Made by a program: the position numbers and the translations under genes. A stretch of DNA of 64,000 nt from Mycobacteriales bacterium (GTDB lineage Bacteria > Actinomycetota > Actinomycetes > Mycobacteriales > SCTD01), in NCBI GenBank assembly GCA_035540755.1, contig DATLGD010000223.1, positions 152 through 64,151 on the forward strand. Reading direction: 5' to 3'. Positions 48,080 through 57,628 of this stretch are shown here, piece after piece. Each line of letters starts with the position of its first letter. Positions within the stretch are counted from its first letter, which is position 1. The notes under the pieces were generated by a model. That model did not search any database and had not been told where the DNA came from. It saw only the letters and a program-made list of their open reading frames with translations.

Positions 48080-48904
48080 TCACGGCCGCAGGCGGTCGGC
48101 CCTGGTGTAGACGTTCATCGACGCCCCGCGCAGGAAGCCGATCAGGGTCATCCCGGCCTCGTCGGCCAGGTCGACGGCCAGCGAGCTCGGCGCGCTGACG
48201 GCCGCGAGCACCGGGATGCCGGCCATCCACGCCTTCTGCGCCAGCTCGAACGAGGCGCGGCCGCTGACCAGCAGCACCGTCTCCCGCAGCGGCAGGAGGC
48301 CCTCCCGCAGGGCCCACCCGACGACCTTGTCGACGGCGTTGTGCCGGCCGACGTCCTCGCGCAGGCACAGCAGCTCGCCGTTCGGGTCGAACAGGCCGGC
48401 GCCGTGCAGGCCGCCGGTGCGGTCGAAGACCCGTTGCGCCTCGCGCAGCCGGTCCGGCAGTGCGGCCAGCACCGCGCGGTCGACCGTGACGGGGTCGTCG
48501 GCCACCGGCCACCGGGCGGTCGTGCGCACGGCGTCCAGGCTCGCCTTGCCGCACACGCCGCAGCTGGAGGTCGTGTAGAACGCCCGCTCGACCGAGGGGT
48601 CCGGAGCCGGCACCTCCGGCGCGAGCGCGACGTCGAGGACGTTGTAGGTGTTGGCGCCGTCCGAGGTGGCTCCCGCGCAGTAGCGCTGCGCCGCGACGTG
48701 CTCCGCGGCGCTCACCACCCCCTCGCTGACGAGGAAGCCCGCCGCGAGGTCCATGTCGCTGCCCGGGGTGCGCATGGTCACCGCCAGCGGCCGGCCGCCG
48801 ACCCGGATCTCCAGCGGTTCCTCGACGACGAGGGTGTCGGGACGCTCGACGTCGATGTCGCCGCCCAGGCGCAGCACGCGGCGTCGCGTCGTCGTCCGTC
48901 CCAC
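48080..48904 (-). CDS. fdhD: formate dehydrogenase accessory sulfurtransferase FdhD
   Basis: Last 274 aa of ORF 48080..49312 from GTG 48904 ([13 protein letters not shown]...). SSCGVCGK active-site loop and [11 protein letters not shown] motif. Confidence 0.85.
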   Translation of the reverse strand: MGRTTTRRRVLRLGGDIDVERPDTLVVEEPLEIRVGGRPLAVTMRTPGSDMDLAAGFLVSEGVVSAAEHVAAQRYCAGATSDGANTYNVLDVALAPEVPAPDPSVERAFYTTSSCGVCGKASLDAVRTTARWPVADDPVTVDRAVLAALPDRLREAQRVFDRTGGLHGAGLFDPNGELLCLREDVGRHNAVDKVVGWALREGLLPLRETVLLVSGRASFELAQKAWMAGIPVLAAVSAPSSLAVDLADEAGMTLIGFLRGASMNVYTRADRLRP

Positions 48905-49013
48905 GGGCAGAGCGTTGCACTTCGGGTCGGCGCACGGCGGGTCGGGTGGTGCGCGTGACGAGGGGTGGGGGAGGGTAGGGCCGCGGCACGCCGGCACGGG
49001 ACGAGGAGCGCGC

Positions 49014-52000
49014 ATGGGTCTGAAGGACACCTTCCTGGGGTGGCCCGTCCTGCGGCAGCTCACCGGCGACGACCCGCTCGGCCGCGGCACTGCCGTGCAG
49101 TCCGCGCGCTCGGCGTCGCTGCAGCCGCGCACCGCGACCGCCGACCGGGTGGTGCGGAGCGTGTGCCCGTACTGCGCCGTCGGCTGCGGGCAGAAGGTGT
49201 TCGTCAAGGACGAGAAGGTCGTGCAGATCGAGGGCGACCCCGACTCCCCGGTCTCCCGCGGCCGGCTGTGCCCCAAGGGCGCGGCCAGCGAGCAGTTCGT
49301 CAACGGCGCCAAGCGCGTGACGACCGTGCGCTACCGGCGTCCCGGCGGCACCGACTGGGAGGACCTCGACCTCGACACGGCGATGGAGATGATCGCCGAC
49401 CGCGTCGTCGAGACCCGCGCCCGCACCTGGCAGGACGTCGACGACCAGGGCCGCAAGGTCCGCCGCACCCTCGGGTTCGCCTCGCTCGGCGGGGCGACGC
49501 TGGACAACGAGGAGAACTACCTCATCAAGAAGCTGTTCACGGCGATGGGGGCGATCCAGGTCGAGAACCAGGCCCGGATATGACACAGCGCCACCGTCCC
49601 CAGTCTGGGGGCCTCCTTCGGTCGTGGCGGCGCCACGAACTTCCTGCAGGACCTGCAGCACAGCGACTGCATCGTCATCCAGGGCTCGAACATGGCCGAG
49701 TGCCACCCGGTCGGCTTCCAGTGGGTGCTCGAGGCCAAGGCGCGCGGTGCGAAGGTCATCCACATCGACCCGCGCTTCACCCGCACGTCGGCGCTGGCTG
49801 ACAGCCACGTCCCGCTGCGCGCCGGCAGCGACATCGCCTTCCTCGGCGGCGTCATCAACCACATCCTGTCGACGGAGTCGTACTTCCGCGAGTACGTCGT
49901 GGCGTACACCAACGCGGCGACGATCGTCGGCGAGGACTTCCAGGACACCGAGGACCTCGACGGGCTGTTCTCCGGCTACGACCCCGAGACCGCCACGTAC
50001 GACACCGAGAGCTGGGGCTACCAGCACTCGCCGGGCGGTCCGGCCGACGCGCAGGAGAACGACGACGAGAGCGCCCTGTCCGAGCGGAAGCGCGCGGCGG
50101 GTCACGAGCTCGGCGGCCACGGCGCGACGCTCGAGGGCTACGACGTCGAGCGCGACGAGACGCTCCAGCACCCGCGCTGCGTCTTCCAGGTGCTCAAGCG
50201 GCACTACGCCCGCTACACCCCGGAGGTCGTGGAGGAGGTCTGCGGCGTGCCGCAGCACCTGTTCCGCGAGGTGTGCGAGGCGGTCGTGGCCAACAGCGGC
50301 CGCGAGCGCACGACGGCGTGGGTCTACTCGGTCGGCTGGACCCACCACTCCACCGGTGTGCAGTACATCCGCGGGTCGGCGATTATCCAGCTGCTGCTCG
50401 GCAACATGGGCCGTCCAGGCGGCGGCATCCTGGCGCTGCGCGGGCACGCGAGCATCCAGGGCTCGACCGACATCCCGACCCTCTACAACATCTTGCCGGG
50501 CTACCTGCCGATGCCCAAAGCGGGGGAGCACGACGACTTCGGGGACTACCTCGAGGCGATCCACGAGCCGGGGCAGAAGGGCTTCTGGGCCAACGCCGAC
50601 GCCTACGTCGTCAGCCTGCTCAAGGCCTACTGGGGAGAGGCGGCGACACCGGACAACGGCTTCTGCTTCGACTACCTGCCGAGGCTGACCGGCGACCACG
50701 GCACCTACCGCACCGTGATGGACATGGTCGACGGCAAGGTCGAGGGCTACTTCCTCGTCGGGCAGAACCCGGCCGTCGGCTCCGCGCACGGGAAGCTGCA
50801 GCGGCTCGGCATGGCGAACCTGAAGTGGCTCGTCGTGCGCGACGTGAACATGATCGAGTCGGCGACGTTCTGGAAGGACGGGCCGGAGATCGCGACCGGC
50901 GAGCTGCGCACCGAGGACATCGACACCGAGGTGTTCTTCCTCCCGGCCGCCACGCACGTGGAGAAGGCCGGCACGTTCACGCAGACGCAGCGGATGCTGC
51001 AGTGGCGGCACAAGGCGATCGACCCACCGGGTGACTGCCGGCCCGAGCTGGACTTCTACTACAAGCTCGGCGTCCTGGTGCGCGAGCGGCTCGCCGGGTC
51101 GACGCTCGAGCGCGACCGGCCGGTGCTCGACCTCGCCTGGGACTACCCGGTCGACGAGCACGGCGAGCCCGACGCCGAGTCGGTGCTGGCCGAGATCAAC
51201 GGCCGGTTCCTGACCGGACCCCGCGCGGGCCAGCCGCTCGACGGCTTTACCGACATGCGCGCCGACGGCTCCACCGACGGCGGCTGCTGGATCTACAGCG
51301 GCGTCTACAAGGACGGCGTCAACCAGTCGGCGCGACGCAAGCCGCACACCGAGCAGGACTGGGTCGCGAACGAGTGGGGTTGGGCCTGGCCGATGGACCG
51401 GCGCACCCTCTACAACCGCGCCTCGGCAGACCCGGACGGCAGGCCGTGGAGCGAGCGCAAGGCCTACGTCTGGTGGGACGAGGAGCAGCAGCGCTGGACC
51501 GGGCACGACGTGCCGGACTTCATCGCCGACCGGCCGCCGTCCTACCGGCCGGGGGAGGGGGCAACCGGCGTCGACGCACTGGCCGGTGACGACCCGTTCG
51601 TCATGCAGGGCGACGGCAAGGGCTGGCTGTTCGCCTCGACGGGTCTGCTCGACGGGCCGCTGCCGGCCCACTACGAGCCGCACGAGTCGCCGGTCGTCAA
51701 CCCGCTGTACGCCCAGCAGGGGAACCCCACGCGGCAGGTGTTCCGGCGCGAGGACAACCCGTCGAACCCCTCGGCCACCGAGCGGGGCGGCGACGTCTTC
51801 CCGTACGTCTTCACCACCTACCGGCTCACCGAGCACCACACCGCCGGCGGCATGAGCCGGTGGGTGCCGTACCTGTCCGAGCTGCAGCCGGAGTTCTTCT
51901 GCGAGGTCTCGCCGGAGCTCGCCCGCGAACGCGGTCTCGAGCACCTCGGCTGGGCGACCATCACGACCGCGCGCACCGCCATCGAGGCGCGGGTGCTGGT

Positions 52001-52316
52001 CACCGACCGCATGGTGCCGCTGCACGTCGGCGGCAAGGTGATCCACCAGATCGGGTTGCCGTACCACTGGGGTGTCGGGGACGACGCCGTCGTCAGTGGC
52101 GACTCGGCGAACGACCTGTTCGGCCTGGCGCTCGACCCGAACGTGCACATCCAGGAGAGCAAGGTGGCCAGCTGCGACATCACGCCGGGACGCCGGCCGA
52201 CCGGCCCCGCTCTGCTCCGGCATGTCGAGCGGTACCGCGACCGCGCCGGCATCACGACGGCCACCGGCAACTTCCGCAGCGACGCCGAGCCCCGACCCGC
52301 AGGAGAAGCCCGATGA
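49014..52316 (+). CDS. fdhA: formate dehydrogenase catalytic subunit (Mo/W-bisPGD), selenocysteine-containing; TGA 49581-49583 read as Sec
   Basis: ORFs 48753..49583 and 49692..52316 are in the same frame (starts both divisible by 3). ATG 49014 follows GAGGAG. Motifs: CPYCAVGCG 4Fe-4S motif; read-through gives [28 protein letters not shown], which parallels the Sec site of E. coli FdnG; [10 protein letters not shown]. Confidence 0.9.
49584..49633 (+). promoter_or_regulatory. candidate bacterial SECIS stem-loop immediately 3' of the Sec TGA
   Basis: Inner hairpin GTCCCCA-GTC-TGGGGGC (49596-49612) starts 12 nt after the TGA. An outer helix pairs GCGCC (49588-49592) with GGCGC (49629-49633). 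The apical sequence CAGUCUG resembles the fdhF CAGGUCUG loop. Confidence 0.5.
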
Positions 52317-53338
52317 GCAGCAGCAACAGCCTGTTCGGGCCCCTCGACCCGGCGCCCGACGCGGGCTGGACCGAGGCGCCGCCGCGCAAGGGGTTCTTCA
52401 CCGACACCTCCATCTGCATCGGCTGCAAGGCCTGCGAGGTGGCGTGCAAGGAGTGGAACGCCGTCCCGGACGACGGCATGCAGCTGCTCGGCTCCTCCTA
52501 CGACAACACCGGTGCCCTCGGCGCGAGCACCTGGCGGCACGTCGCCTTCATCGAGCAGCCGAAGCCGCTCGGGGCGCAGGAGCCGGGCATGGCCGGCACC
52601 GCCGCCGGCCCGCCCGCGACCGACGTGCTGAACCGGACCGCGGAGAGCGCGCTGGCCGGCGACCGGAGCAAGCTCGGCACCGACAGCACGGCCGTCGACC
52701 TCGGCATGCCGGGCACGCAGCTGCCCGGCGAGGCCGATGGCGCGCAGCGCAGCGAGTTCCGCTGGCTGATGGCCTCCGACGTCTGCAAGCACTGCACGCA
52801 CGCAGGCTGCCTGGACGTCTGCCCGACGGGGGCGCTGTTCCGCACCGAGTTCGGCACGGTCGTGGTGCAGGACGACATCTGCAACGGCTGCGGCTACTGC
52901 GTGGCCGCATGCCCCTTCGGCGTCATCGACCGGCGGGTGGGGGACAAGGGCGTCACCAAGAACGCCGGCATCGCGCAGAAGTGCACGCTCTGCTACGACC
53001 GGCTCGGCGACGGGCTGCAGCCGGCCTGCTCGAAAGCATGCCCGACCACCAGCATCCAGTTCGGCGACCTCGACGAGCTTCAGGAGCGCGCGCAGAGGCG
53101 GGTCGAGCAGCTGCACGAGGCAGGCGTCACGTCGGCCCGGCTGTACGGCGAGGACGAGAACGACGGCGTCGGGGGCGTGGGGGCGTTCTTCCTGCTGCTC
53201 GACGAGCCGGAGGTCTACGGGCTGCCGCCGGACCCGGTCGTCACGACCAAGGACCTGCCGGCCATGTGGCGGCAGGCCGGGCTCGCCGCCCTGACGATGC
53301 TCGCCGGCGCCGTCGCGGTGTTCGGGGTGCGCCGGTGA
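52313..53338 (+). CDS. formate dehydrogenase Fe-S (4x[4Fe-4S]) subunit with a C-terminal TM anchor
   Basis: ATG 52313 (ATGA overlap with fdhA). Cys clusters CIGCKACEVAC, CKHCTHAGCLDVCP, CNGCGYCVAACP, CTLCYDR...CSKACP. C-terminal helix AGLAALTMLAGAVAVFGV. Confidence 0.9.
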   Translation: MSSSNSLFGPLDPAPDAGWTEAPPRKGFFTDTSICIGCKACEVACKEWNAVPDDGMQLLGSSYDNTGALGASTWRHVAFIEQPKPLGAQEPGMAGTAAGPPATDVLNRTAESALAGDRSKLGTDSTAVDLGMPGTQLPGEADGAQRSEFRWLMASDVCKHCTHAGCLDVCPTGALFRTEFGTVVVQDDICNGCGYCVAACPFGVIDRRVGDKGVTKNAGIAQKCTLCYDRLGDGLQPACSKACPTTSIQFGDLDELQERAQRRVEQLHEAGVTSARLYGEDENDGVGGVGAFFLLLDEPEVYGLPPDPVVTTKDLPAMWRQAGLAALTMLAGAVAVFGVRR

Positions 53339-54450
53339 CGGCGACCTCCCCGCGCGACCCGGTCGGCACGCCGAGCACCGGGCCGGAGGCTTCCGCGGTC
53401 CCCGGTTCCGCGGGTCGGCACAAGGACAAGGGCAAGGGCAAGGGCAGGGGTGGGCGCGGCGACAAGAACGCGGTCGTGCCGCCGGCGGAGTTCACCTCGT
53501 ACTACGGGCGCCCCGTCGTCAAGGCCTCGCCGTGGGAGCACGACATCCCCGCCTACCTGTTCCTGGGCGGCGTGGCCGCCGGCTCGTCACTGCTGGCCGC
53601 CGGGGCCGACCTGACCGGCCGACCGGCGCTGCGCCGGACCGGTCGGCTGGCGTCGCTGGTGGGTCTGACGCTGAGCATGCTGGCGCTGGTCAAGGACCTC
53701 GGTCGCCCCGAGCGCTTCCACCACATGCTGCGCGTGGTGAAGCCGACGTCGCCGATGTCGGTGGGCACCTGGCTGCTGACGCTCTACGGCCCGTTCGCCG
53801 GGCTCGCCGCCGCCGGGGAGCTGCGCGGGCTGCTGCCGAGGCGACTGCGCGACGGCGTGGCCGGCCGGCTGCTCGGCGCCTCTGCCCGCCCGGCGGGGCT
53901 GACAGCCGCCGTCGTCGCGCCCACGATCGCGTCCTACACCGCCGTGCTGCTGTCCGACACCGCCACGCCCACCTGGCACGACGCGCACCGGCACCTGCCG
54001 TTCGTGTTCGTCGGCTCGGCCGCGGCCGCCTCCGGCGGGCTCGGGATGATCGGTGCGCCGGTCCACGAGGCCGGGCCGGCCCGGCGCCTGGCCATCGGCG
54101 GTGCGCTGCTCGAGCTGGCCGTCGAGCGCAGGATGGAGCAGGCGATGGGGCTGACCGCCGAGCCGCTCCACCAGGGGCACGCAGGACAGCTCATGCGGGC
54201 CAGCAAGGTGCTCACCGCCGCCGGCGCGGCCGGGGCGCTGCTGCTCGGCGGACGCAGCCGCACCGCGGCCGCGGTGTCCGGCGCGGCGCTGATGGCCGGA
54301 TCCGCCTGCCTGCGCTTCGGGTTCTTCGACGCGGGGCAGGACAGCGCCCGCGACCCCAAGTACACCGTCGTCCCGCAGCGCGAGCGCCTCGAGCGCGGCG
54401 AGGCGGTCCGGCACGGGGGTTCCCGCCCGTCCGCCGAACCCGAGAGGTAG
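53335..54450 (+). CDS. NrfD/PsrC-like polytopic membrane subunit
   Basis: GTG 53335 (GTGA overlap with fdhB). After a basic low-complexity N-terminus come about 8 TM segments (WEHDIPAYLFLGGVAAGSSLLAA...) typical of NrfD-family quinone-interacting subunits. The exact start is uncertain. Confidence 0.75.
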   Translation: MTATSPRDPVGTPSTGPEASAVPGSAGRHKDKGKGKGRGGRGDKNAVVPPAEFTSYYGRPVVKASPWEHDIPAYLFLGGVAAGSSLLAAGADLTGRPALRRTGRLASLVGLTLSMLALVKDLGRPERFHHMLRVVKPTSPMSVGTWLLTLYGPFAGLAAAGELRGLLPRRLRDGVAGRLLGASARPAGLTAAVVAPTIASYTAVLLSDTATPTWHDAHRHLPFVFVGSAAAASGGLGMIGAPVHEAGPARRLAIGGALLELAVERRMEQAMGLTAEPLHQGHAGQLMRASKVLTAAGAAGALLLGGRSRTAAAVSGAALMAGSACLRFGFFDAGQDSARDPKYTVVPQRERLERGEAVRHGGSRPSAEPER

Positions 54451-54453
54451 CCG

Positions 54454-55878
54454 ATGTCCCTGGTCTCCTTCCTGGACCGTGAGCACTCCGTCGCTCCCGC
54501 CGGGTACAGCCGATGGCTGGTGCCGCCGGCGGCGCTGGCCATCCACCTGTCGATCGGCCAGGTCTACGCGCTGAGCGTCTTCAAGACCCCGCTGGTCGAG
54601 CGGTTCGAGACCAGCGAGACAGCGATCGCCATCGTGTTCTCGATCGCGATCGTGATGCTGGGGCTGTCCGCCGCCTTCGGCGGGACGTGGATGGAGCGCA
54701 ACGGTCCGCGCAAGGCCATGGCCCTGTCGGCGGTCTGCTTCGTCACGGGGCTGCTGGTCGGCGGCCTCGGGATCGCCACCGGCCAGCTGTGGCTGCTCTA
54801 CCTGGGTTACGGGGTCATCGGCGGCATCGGGCTCGGGTTGGGCTACATCTCGCCGGTCTCGACGCTCATCAAGTGGTTCCCCGACCGTCCCGGACTCGCG
54901 ACCGGGCTGGCCATCATGGGCTTCGGCGGCGGCGCGTTCATCGCCTCCAACCTGTCGAACGAGCTGCTCGGCGCCTACACCTCGCTGCCGGCGGACGCCG
55001 TGCCGACCGACGCGGTGGCGCCGGCCTTCTTCACCCTGGCGCTGATCTACGCGCTGTTCATGACCTTCGGCGTGCTCACCGTGCGCGTCCCGCGCGACGG
55101 CTGGAAGCCCGAGGGGTACGAGCCCAAGGCCGACAGCGGCGGGCTGCGCACCACCGCGCACGTGGCCGCGAGCGAGTCCATCAAGACCCCGCAGTTCTGG
55201 CTGCTCTGGACGATCCTGTTCTGCAACGTCACCGCCGGCATCGGCATCATCGAGCAGGCCTCGCCGATGATCCGGGACTTCTTCCCGGACGACGTCAGCC
55301 CGGCCGCGGCGGCCGGCTTCGTCGGACTGCTGTCGCTGGCCAACATGGCCGGGCGCATCGTCTGGTCGTCGACGTCCGACGCCATCGGCCGCAAGCCGAC
55401 CTACATGCTCTACACCGGCGTCGGAGCCGTCGCGTTCTTCTTCCTGGCCACGGCGGGCGACACCAGCGTCCTGCTGTTCGTGGTGCTGGCGGCGGTCATC
55501 CTGAGCTTCTACGGCGGTGGCTTCGCGACGATCCCCGCCTACCTCAAGGACCTGTTCGGCACCTTCCAGGTGGGTGCCATCCACGGCCGGCTGCTGACGG
55601 CCTGGTCCGCCGCCGGCGTCGCGGGTCCGCTCATCGTCAACGGCATCATCGAGCGCCAGCGCGACGCCGGGGTCGAGGGGGCGGCGACCTACCGGCCGGC
55701 GCTGCTGGTGATGGTCGGCCTGCTCAGCATCGGCTTCGTGGCGAACCTGCTCGTGCGCCGGGTGGCCGACAGGCACCACGCCAGCGCCGACGTCCTGGGC
55801 ACCTATCCGGGCGTCACCAGCCAGCAGACCACCGGATCCGCGAAGACGGCCCCGAGCGCCTCAGGAGGCACCCGATGA
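54454..55878 (+). CDS. MFS transporter, oxalate/formate antiporter (OFA) family
   Basis: ORF 54454..55878. Twelve TMs. N-terminal RWLVPPAALAIHLSIGQVYALSVF and LGYGVIGGIGLGLGYISPVSTLIKWFPDRPGLATG are OFA-family signatures. Confidence 0.85.
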   Translation: MSLVSFLDREHSVAPAGYSRWLVPPAALAIHLSIGQVYALSVFKTPLVERFETSETAIAIVFSIAIVMLGLSAAFGGTWMERNGPRKAMALSAVCFVTGLLVGGLGIATGQLWLLYLGYGVIGGIGLGLGYISPVSTLIKWFPDRPGLATGLAIMGFGGGAFIASNLSNELLGAYTSLPADAVPTDAVAPAFFTLALIYALFMTFGVLTVRVPRDGWKPEGYEPKADSGGLRTTAHVAASESIKTPQFWLLWTILFCNVTAGIGIIEQASPMIRDFFPDDVSPAAAAGFVGLLSLANMAGRIVWSSTSDAIGRKPTYMLYTGVGAVAFFFLATAGDTSVLLFVVLAAVILSFYGGGFATIPAYLKDLFGTFQVGAIHGRLLTAWSAAGVAGPLIVNGIIERQRDAGVEGAATYRPALLVMVGLLSIGFVANLLVRRVADRHHASADVLGTYPGVTSQQTTGSAKTAPSASGGTR

Positions 55879-55997
55879 GCGAGCAGTACAGCGGCGTCAA
55901 GGCGCGCCTGGTCGGAGCGTGGCTGTTCGTGGGCATCCCGCTCGCCTACGGCATCGTGCAGACCGTCCGCCGGGCCGCCGCCCTGTTCACCGGCTAG
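55875..55997 (+). CDS. 40-aa single-TM microprotein translationally coupled to the OFA transporter
   Basis: ATG 55875 (ATGA overlap), AGGAGG 7 nt upstream. MSEQYSGVKARLVGAWLFVGIPLAYGIVQTVRRAAALFTG. Confidence 0.5.
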   Translation: MSEQYSGVKARLVGAWLFVGIPLAYGIVQTVRRAAALFTG

Positions 55998-56977
55998 CGG
56001 ACCTCGACCACCGCGTCGCGCCGGGCGACCACCTCGCCGACGATCGGTGCGCCCGGCACCTCGCCGACGACGAGCAGGCCACCGCTGGTCTGCGCGTCGG
56101 CGAGCAGCAGCAGCTCGTCCTCCTCGACGGATGCCGACAGGTGCGGGCGCACCCAGTCGAGGTTGCGCCGGGTGCCGCCGCTGACGTAGCCGTCGGCCAG
56201 CGAGCTGCGCGCACCGTCGAGGTAGGGCACGGCGGCGGCGTCGACGACGGCCGTGGTGCCGCTGGCGCGCATCATCTTGAACAGGTGCCCGAGCAGGCCG
56301 AAGCCGGTGACGTCGGTGGCCGCGCGTGCCCCGCTCTCCACCGCAGCCCGGGCGGCGTCGCGGTTCAGGCGCGTCATGCACTCGACCGCGTGCTCGAACC
56401 GCTCGCCGGTCGCCTTGTGCCGGTTGTTGAGCACGCCGACGCCGAGCGGCTTGGTGAGGCTGAGCGGCCGGCCCGGCTCGGCGGCGTCGTTGCGCAGCAG
56501 CGCGCCCGGGTCGACGACCCCGGTGACCGCCATGCCGTACGTCGGCTCGGGCCCGTCGACGCTGTGGCCGCCGGCGACCGGGCAGGCGGCCTGCCGGGCG
56601 ACGTCGGCGCCGCCGCGCAGCACCTCGCCGAGCAGCTCGGCCGGCAGCAGCTCGCGCGGCCAGGCGACCAGGTTGATGGCGACGACCGGCCGGCCGCCCA
56701 TCGCGTACACGTCCGACAGCGCATTGGCCGCCGCGATGCGACCCCAGTCGTAGGCGTCGTCGACCACCGGGGTGAAGAAGTCGGCCGTGCTGACGACGGC
56801 GGTGCGGGCGTCGAGGCGCACGACGGCGGCGTCGTCGCCGTCGTCGAGCCCGACGAGCAGGTCCGGTCCCGCGGCACCGGTCAGCCCGCGCACGGCGTCC
56901 TCGAGCTCACCCGGCGGGATCTTGCAGGCGCAGCCGCCGCCCTTCGCCAGCTGGGTCAGCCGAAGCGTCGTCGTCAC
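55994..56977 (-). CDS. selD: selenide, water dikinase (selenophosphate synthetase), Cys form
   Basis: ORF 55994..56977 (GTG start). Glycine-rich N-terminal loop LAKGGGCACKIPP, then DDAAV and the AIR-synthase-like fold. No in-frame TGA. Confidence 0.9.
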   Translation of the reverse strand: MTTTLRLTQLAKGGGCACKIPPGELEDAVRGLTGAAGPDLLVGLDDGDDAAVVRLDARTAVVSTADFFTPVVDDAYDWGRIAAANALSDVYAMGGRPVVAINLVAWPRELLPAELLGEVLRGGADVARQAACPVAGGHSVDGPEPTYGMAVTGVVDPGALLRNDAAEPGRPLSLTKPLGVGVLNNRHKATGERFEHAVECMTRLNRDAARAAVESGARAATDVTGFGLLGHLFKMMRASGTTAVVDAAAVPYLDGARSSLADGYVSGGTRRNLDWVRPHLSASVEEDELLLLADAQTSGGLLVVGEVPGAPIVGEVVARRDAVVEVR

Positions 56978-57075
56978 CTGCGAGAGGCTAGGTCAGCCGG
57001 TGAGCGCGCGCTCGCGCTAGAGCGCTGGGGCCTCCGCCACCACGGTCGGGACGTCGAGGTGGGTGTTGCCCGTCG

Positions 57076-57558
57076 TCAGGTGCCGGCGCGGTACTGGGCC
57101 AGCAGGCGCTCGGCCTCGTCGGCGCCGGACTGCTCGACGAGGACCTCGTACCGGGCCGCGGCCAGGCCCTTGGTGGAGCTGAAGTCGCGCCGACCGCCGG
57201 TGGCCCGGTGAGCGGCGAACCCGAGCGCGGCGCCGAAGGCGGCGCCGAACAACAGCCCGTACAGGGCCAGTCCGAGCAGGGCCGTGCCGGACTCGGCGAA
57301 CAGGCCGACGAACAGGCCGAGGAGCAGCCCGAACCAGCTCATCGAGGCGGCGCCCGCGAGCGCCGCCTTGCCGGTCGTCAGGCGCCCGGTGACCTGCTCG
57401 ACGAGGCGCAGGTCCGCGCCGACGATGGTCACCGTCTCGACCGGGAAGCCGTGGTCGGACAGGTGGTCGACGACGGCCTGCGCCTGCTCGTACTGGGGCC
57501 AGGAGCCGAGCGCGTGCCGGCCCACCGGAAGGGGGCGGGGTGTGCCTGGTGTGGTCAT
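57076..57558 (-). CDS. membrane protein with an N-terminal general-stress-protein-17M (YflT)-like domain
   Basis: ORF 57076..57558. SWPQYEQAQAVVDHLSDHGFPVETVTIVGADL, then two glycine-zipper TM helices. Lies between selO and selD on the same strand. Confidence 0.6.
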   Translation of the reverse strand: MTTPGTPRPLPVGRHALGSWPQYEQAQAVVDHLSDHGFPVETVTIVGADLRLVEQVTGRLTTGKAALAGAASMSWFGLLLGLFVGLFAESGTALLGLALYGLLFGAAFGAALGFAAHRATGGRRDFSSTKGLAAARYEVLVEQSGADEAERLLAQYRAGT

Positions 57559-57628
57559 GGCCTCGGCCTACCCGGCTGGGCGGCCGGGCAGCCGGCTCGT
57601 CTGCGTGACGTCGCCGACGTCGATCCGG

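Noticed and set aside
47775-52223. 1482-aa ORF on the minus strand, the longest in the track
   Set aside because: It is entirely antisense to the well-supported fdhD/fdhA region. Its translation is Arg/Gly/Pro/Ala/Val-rich low complexity with no recognisable motif. This is a typical shadow frame of high-GC coding DNA.
53418-53447. Short tandem repeat (AAGGGC x3) noticed as a possible repeat element
   Set aside because: It lies inside the N-terminal low-complexity region of the NrfD-like gene and simply encodes KGKGKG. It is not an intergenic repeat.
55994-56977. Possibility that selD itself is a selenoprotein (Sec in the N-terminal loop)
   Set aside because: The frame is uninterrupted, and the loop reads GGGCACK with Cys. 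There is no in-frame TGA.
57002-57013. 12-nt palindrome GAGCGCGCGCTC between the YflT-like gene and selD
   Set aside because: It is a short, loop-less GC palindrome expected by chance at this base composition. There is no flanking structure or second copy.
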